Assembly: GCA_001938485.1 (NCBI GenBank)
Contig: MQRK01215961.1
Coordinates: 1 to 58,253 of the forward strand
Origin: Girardia tigrina
Taxonomy: Eukaryota
Length of the DNA: 58,253 bases
Reading direction: 5' to 3'
Shown here: in pieces, positions 1-12,934 of the stretch
Layout of the letters: the number at the start of each line of letters is the position of its first letter
Position numbering within the stretch: the first letter of the stretch is position 1
The notes under the pieces: generated by a model
Database searches by the model: none
The model's input: the letters and a program-made list of their open reading frames with translations, nothing else
What the model was told of the DNA's origin: nothing
Program-made: the position numbers and the translations under genes

Positions 1-785
1 CCCCCCCCGGGGGGGGGGTGGTGGAGAACATACATTTTTCCCCTACTTGAATTTTTTTAATCTTTTTATATATATATATTTTCAATTATTTAAATGATTT
101 TTGTGATCACCAAAAACTAACATTGTTAAACTTCAAAAAAAACAAAAATAATTGACTGAAATTGAAAAACTTTGCAAAATATGCACAACAAAAAAGAATC
201 ACATCACCACGCAACAGAAGACAAAATTCTAACGCTTTTTTATGAAACAAATATATATAATTTGTTGACCTGTTCTCGACAGTTGATACGACATCGATCT
301 GGGACGGTTAAATGTTACTGAAATTAATTCAAATTCACATATTGCATAAAAGGAAAATTTTTATTAATTGACTTTCTTTCATTTATTATTGTTTAACTTC
401 CCTTTGTAAATAAATCTTTACTGGTTTGACAGAAACTAATCTTTTGAGCTCCGTTTACAGTAGACTATATTTATGAAGTTATTTGTTTTAATCGAAAGTT
501 TTTTTGTACTAAAATGATGCGACTGGAAGAACCGAGGACTGAAAGTACTTTCCAGGGTTGGCAATTTTGGATTGGCAGATTTCATGATTTCGTCAGAAAT
601 TTTCAAATTCATTCTGGATAACTGATATGATGGAATATCATTCAGGAAGAGATATGACGAAAGGAAGCTGTCAAAGGTTAACTTTTTCTCTTCATTTAGC
701 TTTCCCATTTCCACTGTCTTGATTTACAATCGGACTCGGCTTCTGGCAAGCCAGTGTCTCCGCTCCCCCCTTACTCATAATCAAA

Positions 786-2640
786 TACTGATATTATTTT
801 GGTTATTATTAATGAAACCTGATATTGTAGAAAAAATTAATTAATTAAAAATTGTAAAAAATTAAAGTAAAATTGTAGAAAAAGGTAAATTAATCCTTCA
901 AATTACACAAATAAATAAAATAAATAATTGCTGTTAAAGTGATTAATAATGTTAATAATAATGTAATTCTATTTTTAGAAAAAAAATTAATTAGGAAATA
1001 TTAAAAATATACACAAATAATGCATAGACTAAATAACAATTGAATATAACTTGAACGACATGTTATAACATAACTCTGTATATAAAAATAACATAATATT
1101 ATGAATGAAAAATATGTTTCACTACAAATATTTTTGTTTACAAAATATCTTTCTTTTCGTCAAAAAATTGATCGTCTTCATGACCACTGCTGGTCTAAAA
1201 TATTGATTGATTTGGAGGTTCAATCTCCAAAATGTTCAAGTGTCTGCAAAGAAATTGGAATGGAGTGATTTCATTATTTATTAAACTATCTTTGAGCTCG
1301 GAAGAGAGATTTGATAGAATATTAGGATCACGCGCTCTAGTAGTTTCAAGTTCATTTCTTATACTCAAACTCTCTAGTCTCATGTCATCAATAATGTTGC
1401 TCAGAGTTTCAGTAAAAACCTATGGATTGCCGTGATGAACCACAAATTTCATTTTTAGTTTTTTGTTGAAAGTCTCGGAGAAATTGTTGGTCAAGATCGT
1501 CGAATTGAACTAATTGATTATCGCGAGATCAATTAGGCATGACCTTTCAAAGTAGAGATGAAAAGATGCTATTTTTGTTTGTTGTTGTCGTGTTCCGATC
1601 CTTGTTTGTTTCAATATACTAAATAATGTACGTATTTTATCAGAGAGTGAAAATCCAAGCGCCATTATCAAATTTATCGACTCTTTATTGCGAATGAAAA
1701 AATATTTCAAGCTAAGTTCGCCAAGTTTCCTTACAATGGCCTGTTTAAAAGGAAAATAGCAGCCTTGAAGGTAATCTGCGAATATATTTCACGAAATGCT
1801 CTGGTTGGAGTTTTTTCAAAGTCACCAATTGCCAATGAAGGCAAAAATTGAGGTACTACATCTTTTATTTTCTGAATAACCAATTTGTAATGTTGATATT
1901 GCCTAGATTTCATCAAGACAAAAAATGTTGACAACATTCTTTAACTATGTCGAACTGAAATAATGAACAACTGAGAAAATATTTTTGGCATAATAAAAAA
2001 TGTCCCATCATAACAGATGCTATCAAAATTTAGAAGACTATCAACCATCTCAGTTGAAAAGAAAAAGATTCTAATGACTTCATCACCATCAAATATTAGT
2101 CCCTTGTAATGTTTGTTAAGTATTGTATTTTCTGTTATGGATTTAACATCACCAGACACATCTTCTGGAATCTTAGGGAAGACAAGATGTTTTCTTTTGG
2201 TCATTCATCGGGAACCATTGGGAAAGAAATTCTCGTGGCAACTTCTTCTGAGTACACCCGACAAACATTAAATTAATTATTTAGCGAAATTAGTTCTTTA
2301 CTGAAATTAAATCTTTTCTTTATTAAAATTAAATCTTAAGCGAAATTAATTATTTAGTGAAATTAAATTATTTTTTCTACTACCTTTTTCTACTTTTTTA
2401 CTTTATATTTTTACAAATTTTAATTAATTTACCTATTTCTACAATTTTACTTTATTTTTTTACAATTTTTAATTAATTAATTTTTTCCACAATATCGGGT
2501 TTCATTAATAATAACCATAATAATATCAGCATTAGTGAAATTAATCCACTAACGAAATTAATTCTTTAGCGAAATTAATTCTTAAGCGAAATTAAGTCTT
2601 TAGCGAAATTAGTTCTTTAGCGAAATTAGTTCCGCTACTC
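786..2640 (-). mobile_element. Decayed Mutator-like (MULE) DNA transposon
   Basis: Minus-strand transposase fragments 1195-2204 with MULE motifs (CYDGTF..PKIFSQL, IGDFEK, TNNFSETFNKKL). ~110-bp inverted repeat 786-894 vs ~2423-2533. Tandem AGCGAAATTA subterminal repeats 2281-2630. Right end reads GAGTAGCGG on minus. Frameshifts and stops. Confidence 0.8.
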
Positions 2641-3468
2641 GTTTTTATTATGGATAAAATTAATTTCGGTAATATGTAAAAAAATGTTGTTTAAATACAA
2701 AAATAAATTCTAAAATTTAAATATTGATTAAAAACTTGTAATTATCATGTCGTGGAATAAATGTTTGTTCATCATCGTATTATTTCTCAATTTATCAAAT
2801 AAACAATATATTGTTCCGATATCTACTCGCAAAAATCACGTCGGTTATTATGGGATCAAAATAATCGATGAACACTATTAGAGGTTCTTGGAACATTCCT
2901 CGGAATTATTATTAAGAGTTACGTCAGACATACAAACTTTATTATACAACACAAAAAATGTTTAAATGTAATATTTTAACAAACCTTTTTTTGAGAAACA
3001 ATTTGTTCTATAAATCTTAAACCGATATAAATAAAAATACTTACAATAATAATATTTTATTTTTTATTTTAATTTTGTAAGTCTTTTAAATTACGATAAC
3101 ATTTTAAAATGTTTCATCGTTTCTCTTAATTTTATTAATTTTTAAAAATCGTTACACATATAAAAAATATACATTTTACTTTTTATATTATATTTAAAAC
3201 TCAAAAAAAATAATTATTAACAATTTAATTAGATCTTCTTAATTTTAGTAATTTCTTTTTTCAAACTCTACCTATTTAATTATATATATATATATATATT
3301 TTAATTTGTACATATTTAATTTAACCTTATTTCAAAACTTTTCAAACGAAGATCATAGACCGATGAGAGCGAACGACCATAATCAATCCATAGTGTGTTT
3401 ATTCCGGGATAATGAGAGACTGTATGATCCTACATTAAATGCACTGGACACAATACTCAATATGATCC

Positions 3469-4667
3469 TTTGTTTGCTGGAAAGTTCGTAACTATTTTAA
3501 ATAAAAATTTAGAAGTAAAATTTTTATGTATGGACATGTATTTAACCAACAATGTATATACCATTTATTCAATAATCTTTTGTCATTTTTCTTATAACTG
3601 AAAAATTTTATATTTCTAAAACTTCTCAGGTTTCTCAGTGAAAACTATCCAAATTGGAATTTCAGGGCGTAGAAAGAATCAAAGTTCTTGTCCTTACGAT
3701 ATTTTTGCAGCGATTTAAATAGGTAATAGGCGAAAGAGTCAATGTCGATGGAATATGGTGGATTTGGTAGTAGATCCCAGTCAAGACCTAACAACTTTTC
3801 CCTCGTCGCCAAAGTAACATGATGCAATAAAACACCATTGCTGTGTGTGAATTCTTGGCATTTTTCTTGAATATCTTTATCCATTTCGGAGCTGTAATTG
3901 TCTGAATTAATCACGTGGTTGTTTAGTAGGAGCTCATAATTTGTCTGAAATCCAACGACAGAGAGCATGACTTTCTTCGAATCGAGACCGGCTTTGGTAA
4001 TGACTAATGGCGGTTCATTTGATATACCCCAATATCTTTTTCTTTTCACATTGTTATAGACGATCTTTTTTTCATCCTTCGTCCCTATTTATTTAATTTC
4101 CTTTTTTTGTAAATCGAATCATAAATGTGTGTTCAATCAATCAGATAAGTTTTACTGAGATTATGAGATTATTTACGTACCGATTCACGTAATTATGCTT
4201 TGATAAAAGCTCATATACAGTCGTTTTTGATATCTTCAGTATTTCTGCGAATTCAAAAATCGTGTAGTTATGATTGGTCTCAATAACGGTTTTAAGGTGG
4301 TCAACATCAATGTTGGAAGATCTGCCTGTGCGCTCTTAGTCTTTTAGGTTGAAATATCCAACTTAGAAAACCACTTATGAACTGTTCTCCGCAAACATCA
4401 CATATTTTGTTGCTTGCTTGAGTAGCATTCTTGCCTTTATTGAAATAGAAAAGCATTAAGTATCGAAAATGCTCTTTGTTTTTTCGATTTTTAAATCGGC
4501 ACGTAGCAAATACAAGTCAACTTAGACAAACCTTTTTTTTACCAGATGCATCAGACTATCACTTCTTATCTTATATGAACTATTCTCTGTTTTCTATACT
4601 TTTCACATATTCTGAAACATGTCAGTATCATAGGTAAACAATGGTCACGAACTTCGCGACAACACAA
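3469..4667 (-). mobile_element. Decayed mariner transposon
   Basis: ORF 3645-4049 has KKVMLSV, LGWD-like DWDLLPNPPYSIDIDSFAYYLFKSLQ; degenerate TIRs (..AAGTTCGT..) at ~3469-3495 and ~4643-4667. Confidence 0.8.
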
Positions 4668-5490
4668 TATGGATGTTGCATATATAATGTAGAATTAGCC
4701 CATATATAAATATATATATTAAACTTCAAAAATTTTAATTAACCAAAACACATTTTTAACTATTTTTCGTACATTTAAATCTAAATAAAAAACTGCGGTT
4801 AGACATTGTGGGTGTATTATACAAAGAAACAAATGATATTATTTATAGAATGTATTTATATGAAAGATATTACTAAAATAACTGAACGGTCACACTTGTC
4901 TTTACAAGTAAAACAACTATTGTCGATTTAAACAAAACTATTCCAAAAACAAACTTCATTTCAGTTCATAGAGTTTTATCCATAATTTGTAATTTAAATC
5001 AAATTATTTAAATGAAATTAATTAATATAATTAAGCTAATTTTATAAAAAATCAATTAACAATGAAATAATTGAATTGTAACAAATACAGAGAGAACATT
5101 TTTAACAGTCCTATAATAATTTGTAAAGAATAAAATGTTACTAATGCCAAAAATAGATTTTAAGAAAACATTTCGAATTATTTAAAAAAAACAAGAATGT
5201 ATTATATCTAATTTCAAATGAAATAAACATTTATGAATAACGATGTTCATAATTTTCAAACGTCAATCATATTTGAATTATAAATGTAATATGTAAACAT
5301 TTATCGATTATCGAAACCCAGACACACACACCGACAGATTATTAATGCTACAATGAATAAGGAAATCTGACTAATGATTACGCATTCATTACACAAGTAT
5401 GTAAGAAATAAACTCACACACACATCTGTAGGACAGAGTATCAAAAGATTTTGATTAGTCACACAACGGTGATTGGTTACTCGTTTTGAC

Positions 5491-5497
5491 TATATAA
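5491..5497 (+). promoter_or_regulatory. Candidate TATA box of fascin
   Basis: TATATAA ~95 nt upstream of the ATG; weak evidence in AT-rich DNA. Confidence 0.3.
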
Positions 5498-5585
5498 TCA
5501 ACACGTCACTTCACACGATCTTTATCTGTTTCATTAAAACAAATTCTTTTTTTCAAAAAACCAATTTATCGATCGGTGAGTAATA

Positions 5586-6026
5586 ATGAATTCGAATGGA
5601 TCGAACAATGTTAACGGAACAACGGGTTCATTTAATCCAATTTTACCATGGGAAATGGGAATTGTAAATGACGCCGGGAAATTTTTGACTGCCGAACCGT
5701 TCGGATTCAAATTAAACGTTTCGGCGACTTCGTTGAAAAAACGACAATTGTGGACGATGATAGCTGACAAATCAGCCGAATATTTCTTCATCAAATCTCA
5801 TTTGAATCGGTATTTGAGTGCCGATAAGGACGGGAAAGTCACGTGTGAGATCGAAGAAGCCGGCAACGAAGAACAGTTTTTGATCGAATACTGTCCGAAA
5901 GGAACGGGCAAGTGGGCATTTAAATCAGTGGCGTATGGGTACTATTTGACGGGGAATGAGGATCGAATATCATGCTTCTCGAAAACTCCGTCGTGGTGGA
6001 GCGCGAAATTGGCTGTTCATCCACAG
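5586..6026 (+). CDS. FSCN: Fascin (actin-bundling beta-trefoil protein), exon 1
   Basis: KFLTAEPFGFKLNVSATSLKKRQLW and LAVHPQ are fascin hallmarks, including the regulatory serine motif SLKK; donor CAG|GTTAAT at 6027, phase 0. Confidence 0.95.
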
Positions 6027-6529
6027 GTTAATTGAGTCATTGTTTCACGATTATGTCAAGTGATCTTTTACGTCATCAGTTATTTTTATATTGATTTATC
6101 GCTTTCAAAATATTTTTTGCAATTTATCTTGATAATATTAAGTTCAGATTTTTAATTTAAATTTTTTATTTTGATTTGAATTTTTTTCACTTATTTCAAA
6201 ATTGATATTCCAATAATTTCTTAAATAGAAATGATTCAGCCAATAAGTACTCAAAATTAAGGTAAAAAAAATTGATGTTCTAAGGAAAAGTTTATATCTT
6301 TTGGATTTGAATATGCGTCGTAAAAATTCAGTTTTCTTGGGAAAATGTGGAAAATTTAATGAGCAAGTTTTGACTTGGTTAGGATAAAACATCGTTATAA
6401 CATTCATAATTATTAAAAGTATAACTCTATGGTCTGGTTAAAACCGTCCATAACATAATATTGAGTCTTATGAACGCTAACTTAATATTTTTGAAAAATA
6501 ATTTAGTTAAAACTTATCAGAATAGGATC

Positions 6530-6567
6530 ATTGTACATGTTTCGATGTTTGATACTTCGTCAGTAAT
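6530..6567 (-). ncRNA. Degenerate minimal type I hammerhead ribozyme motif (Penelope-type), copy A
   Basis: Minus strand CTGACGA-N13-GAAACATGTA; downstream flank is homologous to copies B and C. Confidence 0.55.
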
Positions 6568-6726
6568 TATTAAATTTTATTGGATATTAGTAACAACTTT
6601 ATATTTATTTAAGTCGACGAAATGAGAGCATAATTAATGAGTTGTAGTGTCTTTTGAACAATGATTCACAGATTGCAATTTATACCCAATATTTTTTTAT
6701 TTTATGATTTATTGTAACAAATTTAT

Positions 6727-6766
6727 GTTTCTGATGATTCTATATGAACCATCGAAACATTCAATG
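6727..6766 (+). ncRNA. Degenerate minimal hammerhead motif, copy B
   Basis: CTGATGA-N16(..CATC)-GAAACATTC followed by CTTTAATCAAATTAT, shared with copy C. Confidence 0.5.
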
Positions 6767-7870
6767 ATTATTTCTTAAACAAACTTTAATCAAATTATTT
6801 GTCCAAATATATTTTATTTTGGAGGCCGATATGATATTTTCTATCCTTTGTTTTGATATTTTTTTTAAATGACTTCATTCGTATAATTTTTTATTAACAA
6901 AAATACTTTAAATAGTGAAAGGTTTCAGTTATTGCTTCATAATTCCTTAGCATGGTATTAAGTGACTTTGCCAAAAACCGTTTAAGCGTATTTTTTGTCA
7001 ATTTTTGTTAAGGTTTTAATTAAAATGATTTGTGAAAGGCTAATGAATAAGTGATCGACGTTAGTTTCAATCGTGGCAGATTCCTATGGGGGAATAATCA
7101 ACAGAATTGAGATAACGGATTTTGAAGCTTTATATACTAAATAGATTGTTGGTTAATACCATATTACTGTCTGTTGTTAAATAAAACAGTTTGTTTTCAA
7201 ATTCTTTTGTCTATTATTAAGTGATCTTACAAAAACCGTTTCCACGTATTTTTTAAAAATTATTATCCTAATTAGTTTCCCAGTTTTTTTGAATTCTCTA
7301 TAGTTTAGATGTTTGGAAATATTGTATTAATACAAATCTAATGGTTCAAATTTTTTCATTGTCTTCGTTCGGATATGATCTGCTTTTTTGCATTTATCTT
7401 TAAATGTTTTCATTTGAACATATTTAATGAAAAGTAGTTTTACTTTTTCTGAATTTAGATAAAATGTAAAGTATAAGAATGAATTAGTTGCGTAGCTTGT
7501 ATCTTTTGATGATAATAATTTAGTTTCACAATAATTGTTTTCAAAACATTGAAGATATTACTGGTGTATTCAATTTCCGAGAAATTGTTTCTTTTGTTAA
7601 ATTTAAGCGAACTTAAATTTCTATAAAAAAACTATTTAAATATTAAAAAATAATCATGCAATCTTATTACCAGAGTTTTTTTAATAATAATAATTTATTT
7701 AAAAATGTAATTTATGTCATTTAAAATGTAATAGGGAAAGTAAAATTATTTTTTCGGAAAAATCCTGCTTATCAATACTAAAGAATTTCTGCATGCTTTT
7801 TAAAAATTACGAAACTATTTATTTTCGATTTTTAATGTTTAATAACATTAAATGAAATATAATTTTCTAG

Positions 7871-8439
7871 GTTCATATGCAAAATTTAAAAAGACAACGG
7901 TATGTGAGGCTCCAGAACGATGAATTGCGTGGAGATCAAGTGATTCCGTGGGGATTCGACTCGTTGATCACTCTGGAACACAGTACATGTGGAAGAGTGG
8001 CAGTCTGTTCCCGTGATCGTAGATATTTAACTAAAGATGGTAGCTTATCTGAAAAGATTACTGAGGACTGTCTTTATGGACTTGAACTGCGAGGAGGATC
8101 TACTCCGGGTTTTACCTTTAAAGATAATGAAGGAAAATATCTAACCTTAATCGGTTCAACTGGAACTGTTAAGTCGAAAAATAAAACTGTGGGAAAAGAT
8201 GAAATATTCACATTAGAAATAAGTTACCCTCAAGTTGGATTAAAGGCTCACAATGGAAAGTTTGCGTCAATAAGACAAGGAGTTGATCTATATGCGAATC
8301 AAACTGACGCAGAAGAGAAGGAAATATTTCAATTAGAATACCAAGATTCATCGAAGAAATGGAAAATAAGAACGAGTGATGGAAAATATTGGACTTTAAC
8401 ATCTGTAAATAATGGAATCAAAGCAACTAGTGGAGAAAA
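7871..8439 (+). CDS. FSCN: Fascin exon 2
   Basis: Acceptor TTTTCTAG|; reads VHMQNLKRQRYV, PWGFDSLITL, VGKDEIFTLE, SIRQGVDLYANQ; donor AA|GTTAGT at 8440, phase 2. Confidence 0.95.
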
Positions 8440-8961
8440 GTTAGTTTTTTGATTTCGAATGAATGTTTTAATTTCCTACGTAGAAGACTAAATAAGAATT
8501 ATTGCTCTTAATTATTAATTTAGTTTTCATATTTGAAATGAAATTTTCACATTGAAATGGTTATTATAAACAAGTTTATTTAAAAACATCTATGGTTTGT
8601 GTGATGTCCTAAATGATATTGATAGTTCTGACGATTAATAAAACTAATTATTTTGGGTTGCGCTTACGAAATTAAAATTTTATATTTTCTATACAAAATT
8701 GGGGTTTGTTTATAAAGGACATTTGCGGTCTTTGTGAAATGACTAAATCGAATAACACTTTAATTGGTTTAAATATCGATAGATTTAATCCGTCTAGGAT
8801 CGTTATTTAAATTAACAATAAAAGGAGAAATAACAAATACTTTGTTAAATATTTTAACAATTTCTAAAATAATTATATATCTTGTAAAAAAATCAAATTA
8901 TCTCAATTTTAATCAAACATTAAATGATATAATATTGCTAATATCAAACTGGTTATTTCAG

Positions 8962-9254
8962 AGAAGAAATGACGCTTTTTGAGATTATTTCCCTCCCCAG
9001 TGGCAAGGTCATTTTAAAAGCTGCAAACAACATGTACGTCTCCTCCAAGAAATTGGGCCTAATGTCCGCGACCGGTGAAAGTCCAGATGATACCGAAAGT
9101 CTTTTTCAAGCAATTTTGTTAAATCGTCCTATGATTATATTTAAATCTGAATTTGGTCTCGTTGGAACAAGGAATGGAAGAGTTGAGTGCAATATGTCCA
9201 GCTATGAAGCATTTAAATTAGAAAGTGTTAATGATGGAAATTATATTCTGAAAG
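8962..9254 (+). CDS. FSCN: Fascin exon 3
   Basis: Acceptor TTTCAG| at 8961 restores frame (K-EEMTLFE..LLNRPMIIFKSEFGLVG); donor G|GTAAAT at 9255. Confidence 0.92.
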
Positions 9255-9298
9255 GTAAATTTGAGTTTGTTTAGTATCGCTTTTGATAAATGTTTTAG

Positions 9299-9513
9299 CC
9301 TGTGGAAATAAAGATGCGTACTGGCGAGTGAATGATGATGGTAGTATTAAAATAGATGGTACTGCTCCTCCACAGCAAATGATTCTTCAATTCGAAAGTG
9401 GAACGCACTGTGCAATATTGGCCTCTAACGGCAAATATATCCGTGGGGAACAGAATGGTTTGATGAAGGCAGATTCGGAGGAGATCAACAAGCTTTCTTT
9501 ATGGGAATTTTGA
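9299..9513 (+). CDS. FSCN: Fascin exon 4 (terminal)
   Basis: After a 44-nt intron (GTAAAT...TTTTAG); NGKYIRGEQNG and C-terminal LWEF* are typical of fascin. Spliced CDS 1518 nt = 505 aa. Confidence 0.92.
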
Positions 9514-9751
9514 ATTTAAAGTTTTGTATTTAATTTTCATTTGATTTTGATTTTCCTAAAACATTGCGGTTTGTTACACCATTTGTTTATAAAATTTTTT
9601 GCATTCAAATTTTCCAAATTAGTTTGATATGAATTTATTTAGTATTATTATGTTCATGATTCATTTTAAAGTCACAAGTGGAAACATTTTGTGTCAATGA
9701 CAGAAATTAGTCAATATGATGTATTTTTTTATTTTTTGCCGGTTATCGTTT

Positions 9752-9757
9752 AATAAA
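9752..9757 (+). terminator. Candidate fascin polyadenylation signal
   Basis: AATAAA ~240 nt after the stop codon. Confidence 0.4.
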
Positions 9758-11005
9758 TGTTGATATTAACAAAGACTAATGTTTCATCCAATTGGGTAGT
9801 TGCAAGCATTTTTCAATGACAGTTTATATTGGGCATTATGGAAAATATGTCGAATTTAGTGATTTTGGTAATACATTTGTTTCATGCTAAAATTGGGTTT
9901 TAATTTACATATTGTGTTTGAACAGATTTTGTAACTAGTGTGTATTAATGTTGGCGAGCTATCGCTATGTCGGTCGAGGTCATTTGGCTAGTGTCTCGCA
10001 TATCGTTGACTAAGGCATCACTTGATTATTTGGCTACACCATCTAAATGTCAAGATTACGTTTGTTTTCCAACAGTTTTTTCAGAATATCGTTTTATCTA
10101 TTATTAATTTTAAGATAAATATTTCAGTCTACTTTAAAAATGACGACGTTAAACTGCACAATATGAAACAGTAGTTTTCTTAAAACTGACTTTTAAACTC
10201 CTGGACATTTTTTTAGTTTAAATTACAAACAAACGTAATAAATTCAAAAGAAAATAACTGCCATTTTCGAATTCTTTTCGAATATTACTCAATCATTACT
10301 TCATTGGCGACTTCAATATTAAACGTGCTTTTCCTATTTGTATTAGTTTAGAAAATATTCGTCCATGATTATCACAGTGTTTGTCATTTCTATAGCGAAG
10401 TTCCTGAAAAGTTTATTTTATATCCATCAGAATTTTAATTTTTAACACAAATAATGATTATGATGCCTTCATGGCCGTTCACAATCGAAAATCTTCAGGC
10501 ATAACCTTTCATAGTCTAGGCAATAACCCATCTCTGAATTTTAGAATTATTTCTGCAACTCACTTATTTTATTGATAGCTTATAAAGGAGACTGTTTTAA
10601 GATCTACCTTTTCACATCATTGATCTCGTTAGACTCATTCAACCATACTGAAAAAAAAATAAGACCGGAATATATGATTTTTTATCAGTACCTAAAAATA
10701 ATTCGTCCAGTTTCATCACTTCCCGCACTGAAGAACAAATTAGATAATCTGGAATAACAAAATGACTTGGTGACGCGCAGCATCATTTAAGTGACCCACT
10801 TATTACCTGCAATATTAAAAAAATAGATATAAAATGAAAAAAATATTTCATAGACTATNNNNNNNNNNNNNNNNNNNNNNNNNNNNNNNNNNNNNNNNNN
10901 NNNNNNNNNNNNNNNNNNNNNNNNNNNNNNNNNNNNNNNNNNNNNNNNNNNNNNNNNNNNNNNNNNNNNNNNNNNNNNNNNNNNNNNNNNNNNNNNNNNN
11001 NNNNN

Positions 11006-11110
11006 CGTCATTACAATAGTAATTCTGTTCAGTACGAGAGGAACCACAGATTCGGATCACTGGTAAATGTGCTTGATCGAAAGGTCAGTGGCACGAAGCT
11101 ACCATCCGAG
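11006..11110 (+). pseudogene. 28S rRNA 3'-region fragment (dispersed, ~105 nt after an N run)
   Basis: TAGTAATTCTGTTCAGTACGAGAGGAACC contains the sarcin-ricin loop AGUACGAGAGGA, followed by ..GAAGCTACCATC; similarity stops abruptly near 11110. Confidence 0.9.
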
Positions 11111-11384
11111 AGTTCTTTCCATAAAAAATGACAATATTAATCCTAGCAACCAATTGTTAAAGGAATTGTATAAAATATATATTCAACACTAAAATATATA
11201 TATTTTAAATATTAGTTTATACAAAACAGATAGAATCGGAATATTGTTAGGAAAATTAAGTGTTCTTGTTACGAAATTTGATCTTGATTTTGTTGTGAAG
11301 AATGGCCTATCGGGGGGCCATTAAGGACTTTAGTTTGGGTGGACCCTCTAAAGAGCCTTAGGCTCAATACCATTACAGAGATAG

Positions 11385-11880
11385 GAGGCCCACATCGGAG
11401 AGACAAATCGTCATCTCAAAACCCGGATTAGCGAGCACTNNNNNNNNNNNNNNNNNNNNNNNNNNNNNNNNNNNNNNNNNNNNNNNNNNNNNNNNNNNNN
11501 NNNNNNNNNNNNNNNNNNNNNTTTCTGTTCTACAAAAGGGTTTTGATTCACATTACGAACGACAGTTTTGTGAATCTCTACTAATAAGACACTACAACCC
11601 ATCAATTAACACTCAGAATGGGCAAAGTAAGGTTATTTCATTACTTAAAATTTTTAATTAAAATATTTTTGCCATTATTACCCAATAATACTTTGATAAA
11701 TAATAATAATTAATTTTTTCGTTACCTTTTAAAGTAAATTGTATTTATTAAAATTGTGAAAAATTGTATTATTCAAACAATTCAATATTATACTAAACAT
11801 CCGAAAATTGATGATGATGATGCATGTAAACATCGAAACATGTCCAATAATTATATAAAAAAAGCTTTAATCAAATTATA
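11385..11880 (+). mobile_element. Penelope-like element remnant (GIY-YIG C-terminus plus hammerhead-containing 3' region)
   Basis: Translates AHIGETNRHLKTRISEH..(N)..YERQFCESLLIRHYNPSINTQ..KIFN* (stop 11659-11661); hammerhead motif 150 nt downstream. Confidence 0.8.
11807..11848 (+). ncRNA. Minimal hammerhead motif, copy C (best preserved; C3>A)
   Basis: ATTG-aTGATGA-T-GATG-catgtaaa-CATC-GAAA-CATG-TC-CAAT: stem I ATTG/CAAT, stem II GATG/CATC, palindromic ACATGT. Confidence 0.65.
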
Positions 11881-12934
11881 TTTTTTTATTGTTATTAAGT
11901 TTTACTGGAAATCCTTTATTCAGAGTTTCTGAAAAAGGATACAAAGAAACAAAAAATAACTTATAGCCAGGAAGAGTATGGATTTTTATTGTCGATTCTA
12001 TGACATCAGCGTTTGGAATAGCAGAATTAAATCAAATATAAGTTGATAAACTTTACCAAGAGTTAAAAATCCCAAACGAATTGAGTAAATCAAAGTTCCT
12101 AAACAATAAAATCACTAATAACGTTTACTGAAAAATTATAAATAACTTGTTTGTCAAGTAGAAGTTCAGAAATTAAATGAAAAATAATTAAAGACCAATA
12201 AATCGAATGGAAAGTCTTTAGGCAAGACTACCGAAAATGGTATCTCATGCAATCATGGACTAGTGGAATGAACTACCTCCAATAGACAGGTAGATGGTGA
12301 ACTGGTATCAAATTAGAACAAAAATTTTAATCTGTAGTTTGGAAATTTAAAAAAAAATATTCGTAAATTTTTTAAAATTATTCATAATAAAATAAATAAA
12401 TTCCAGAATTTTTCATTTGTTGTTTTATGGCATCAAATTTTGATCAAGTTTATTTGATCCCTACAGGAACGTACAAGAAACGGTAAACAGAGACCTATTA
12501 ATCAAATATTGATATCTTTCAAGTGATTGTTGCTATATAAAAAAACTAAATTTTTGATTTCTATATTTTGATATGAAAATAATCTTATTGAATCAATTTC
12601 AGTTATTCATATTTATTATTGACGAAGAACACTAATATAAATCAATAAATATAATTTAAATAACGGTGTACAATAAAATTTTAATTTTGAATGCCAAATG
12701 TTATATAAAGGTCAATATGTTAGGAGGCGTTAGAAGTAATTAATCCAAGGTAATTAATAAGTACTTATGTTAATTTATGAATTCTCTTTTAATTCTTGTG
12801 ACAAATAAAGAAATAATTCATATTTTTTGATAATTATTAAATTATTAATTAAACACAACAAAGCATAAAAATAAAGCTATTTTAAATAATCACTGTAATA
12901 AGAAACTAGTCAATAGGAAAAATGTTAAATTTGG

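Noticed and set aside
1-311. C8/G10 run and piggyBac-like end GGGACGG|TTAA
   Set aside because: The other end would lie outside the window; cannot be supported
436-714. 92-aa ORF and similar short AT-rich or antisense ORFs across the window
   Set aside because: No recognisable motifs or splice context; low complexity or shadows of real ORFs
2281-2635. CRISPR-like short repeats (AGCGAAATTA)
   Set aside because: Eukaryotic context, no regular unique spacers; these are MULE subterminal repeats
4610-4625. GAAACATGTC hammerhead-like half site
   Set aside because: No upstream CUGANGA; part of the mariner 5' region
10250-10790. rDNA-targeting non-LTR element (R2/R5-like) beside the 28S fragment
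   Set aside because: No convincing RT motifs readable, and the 28S piece is not the region I know as the R2 target
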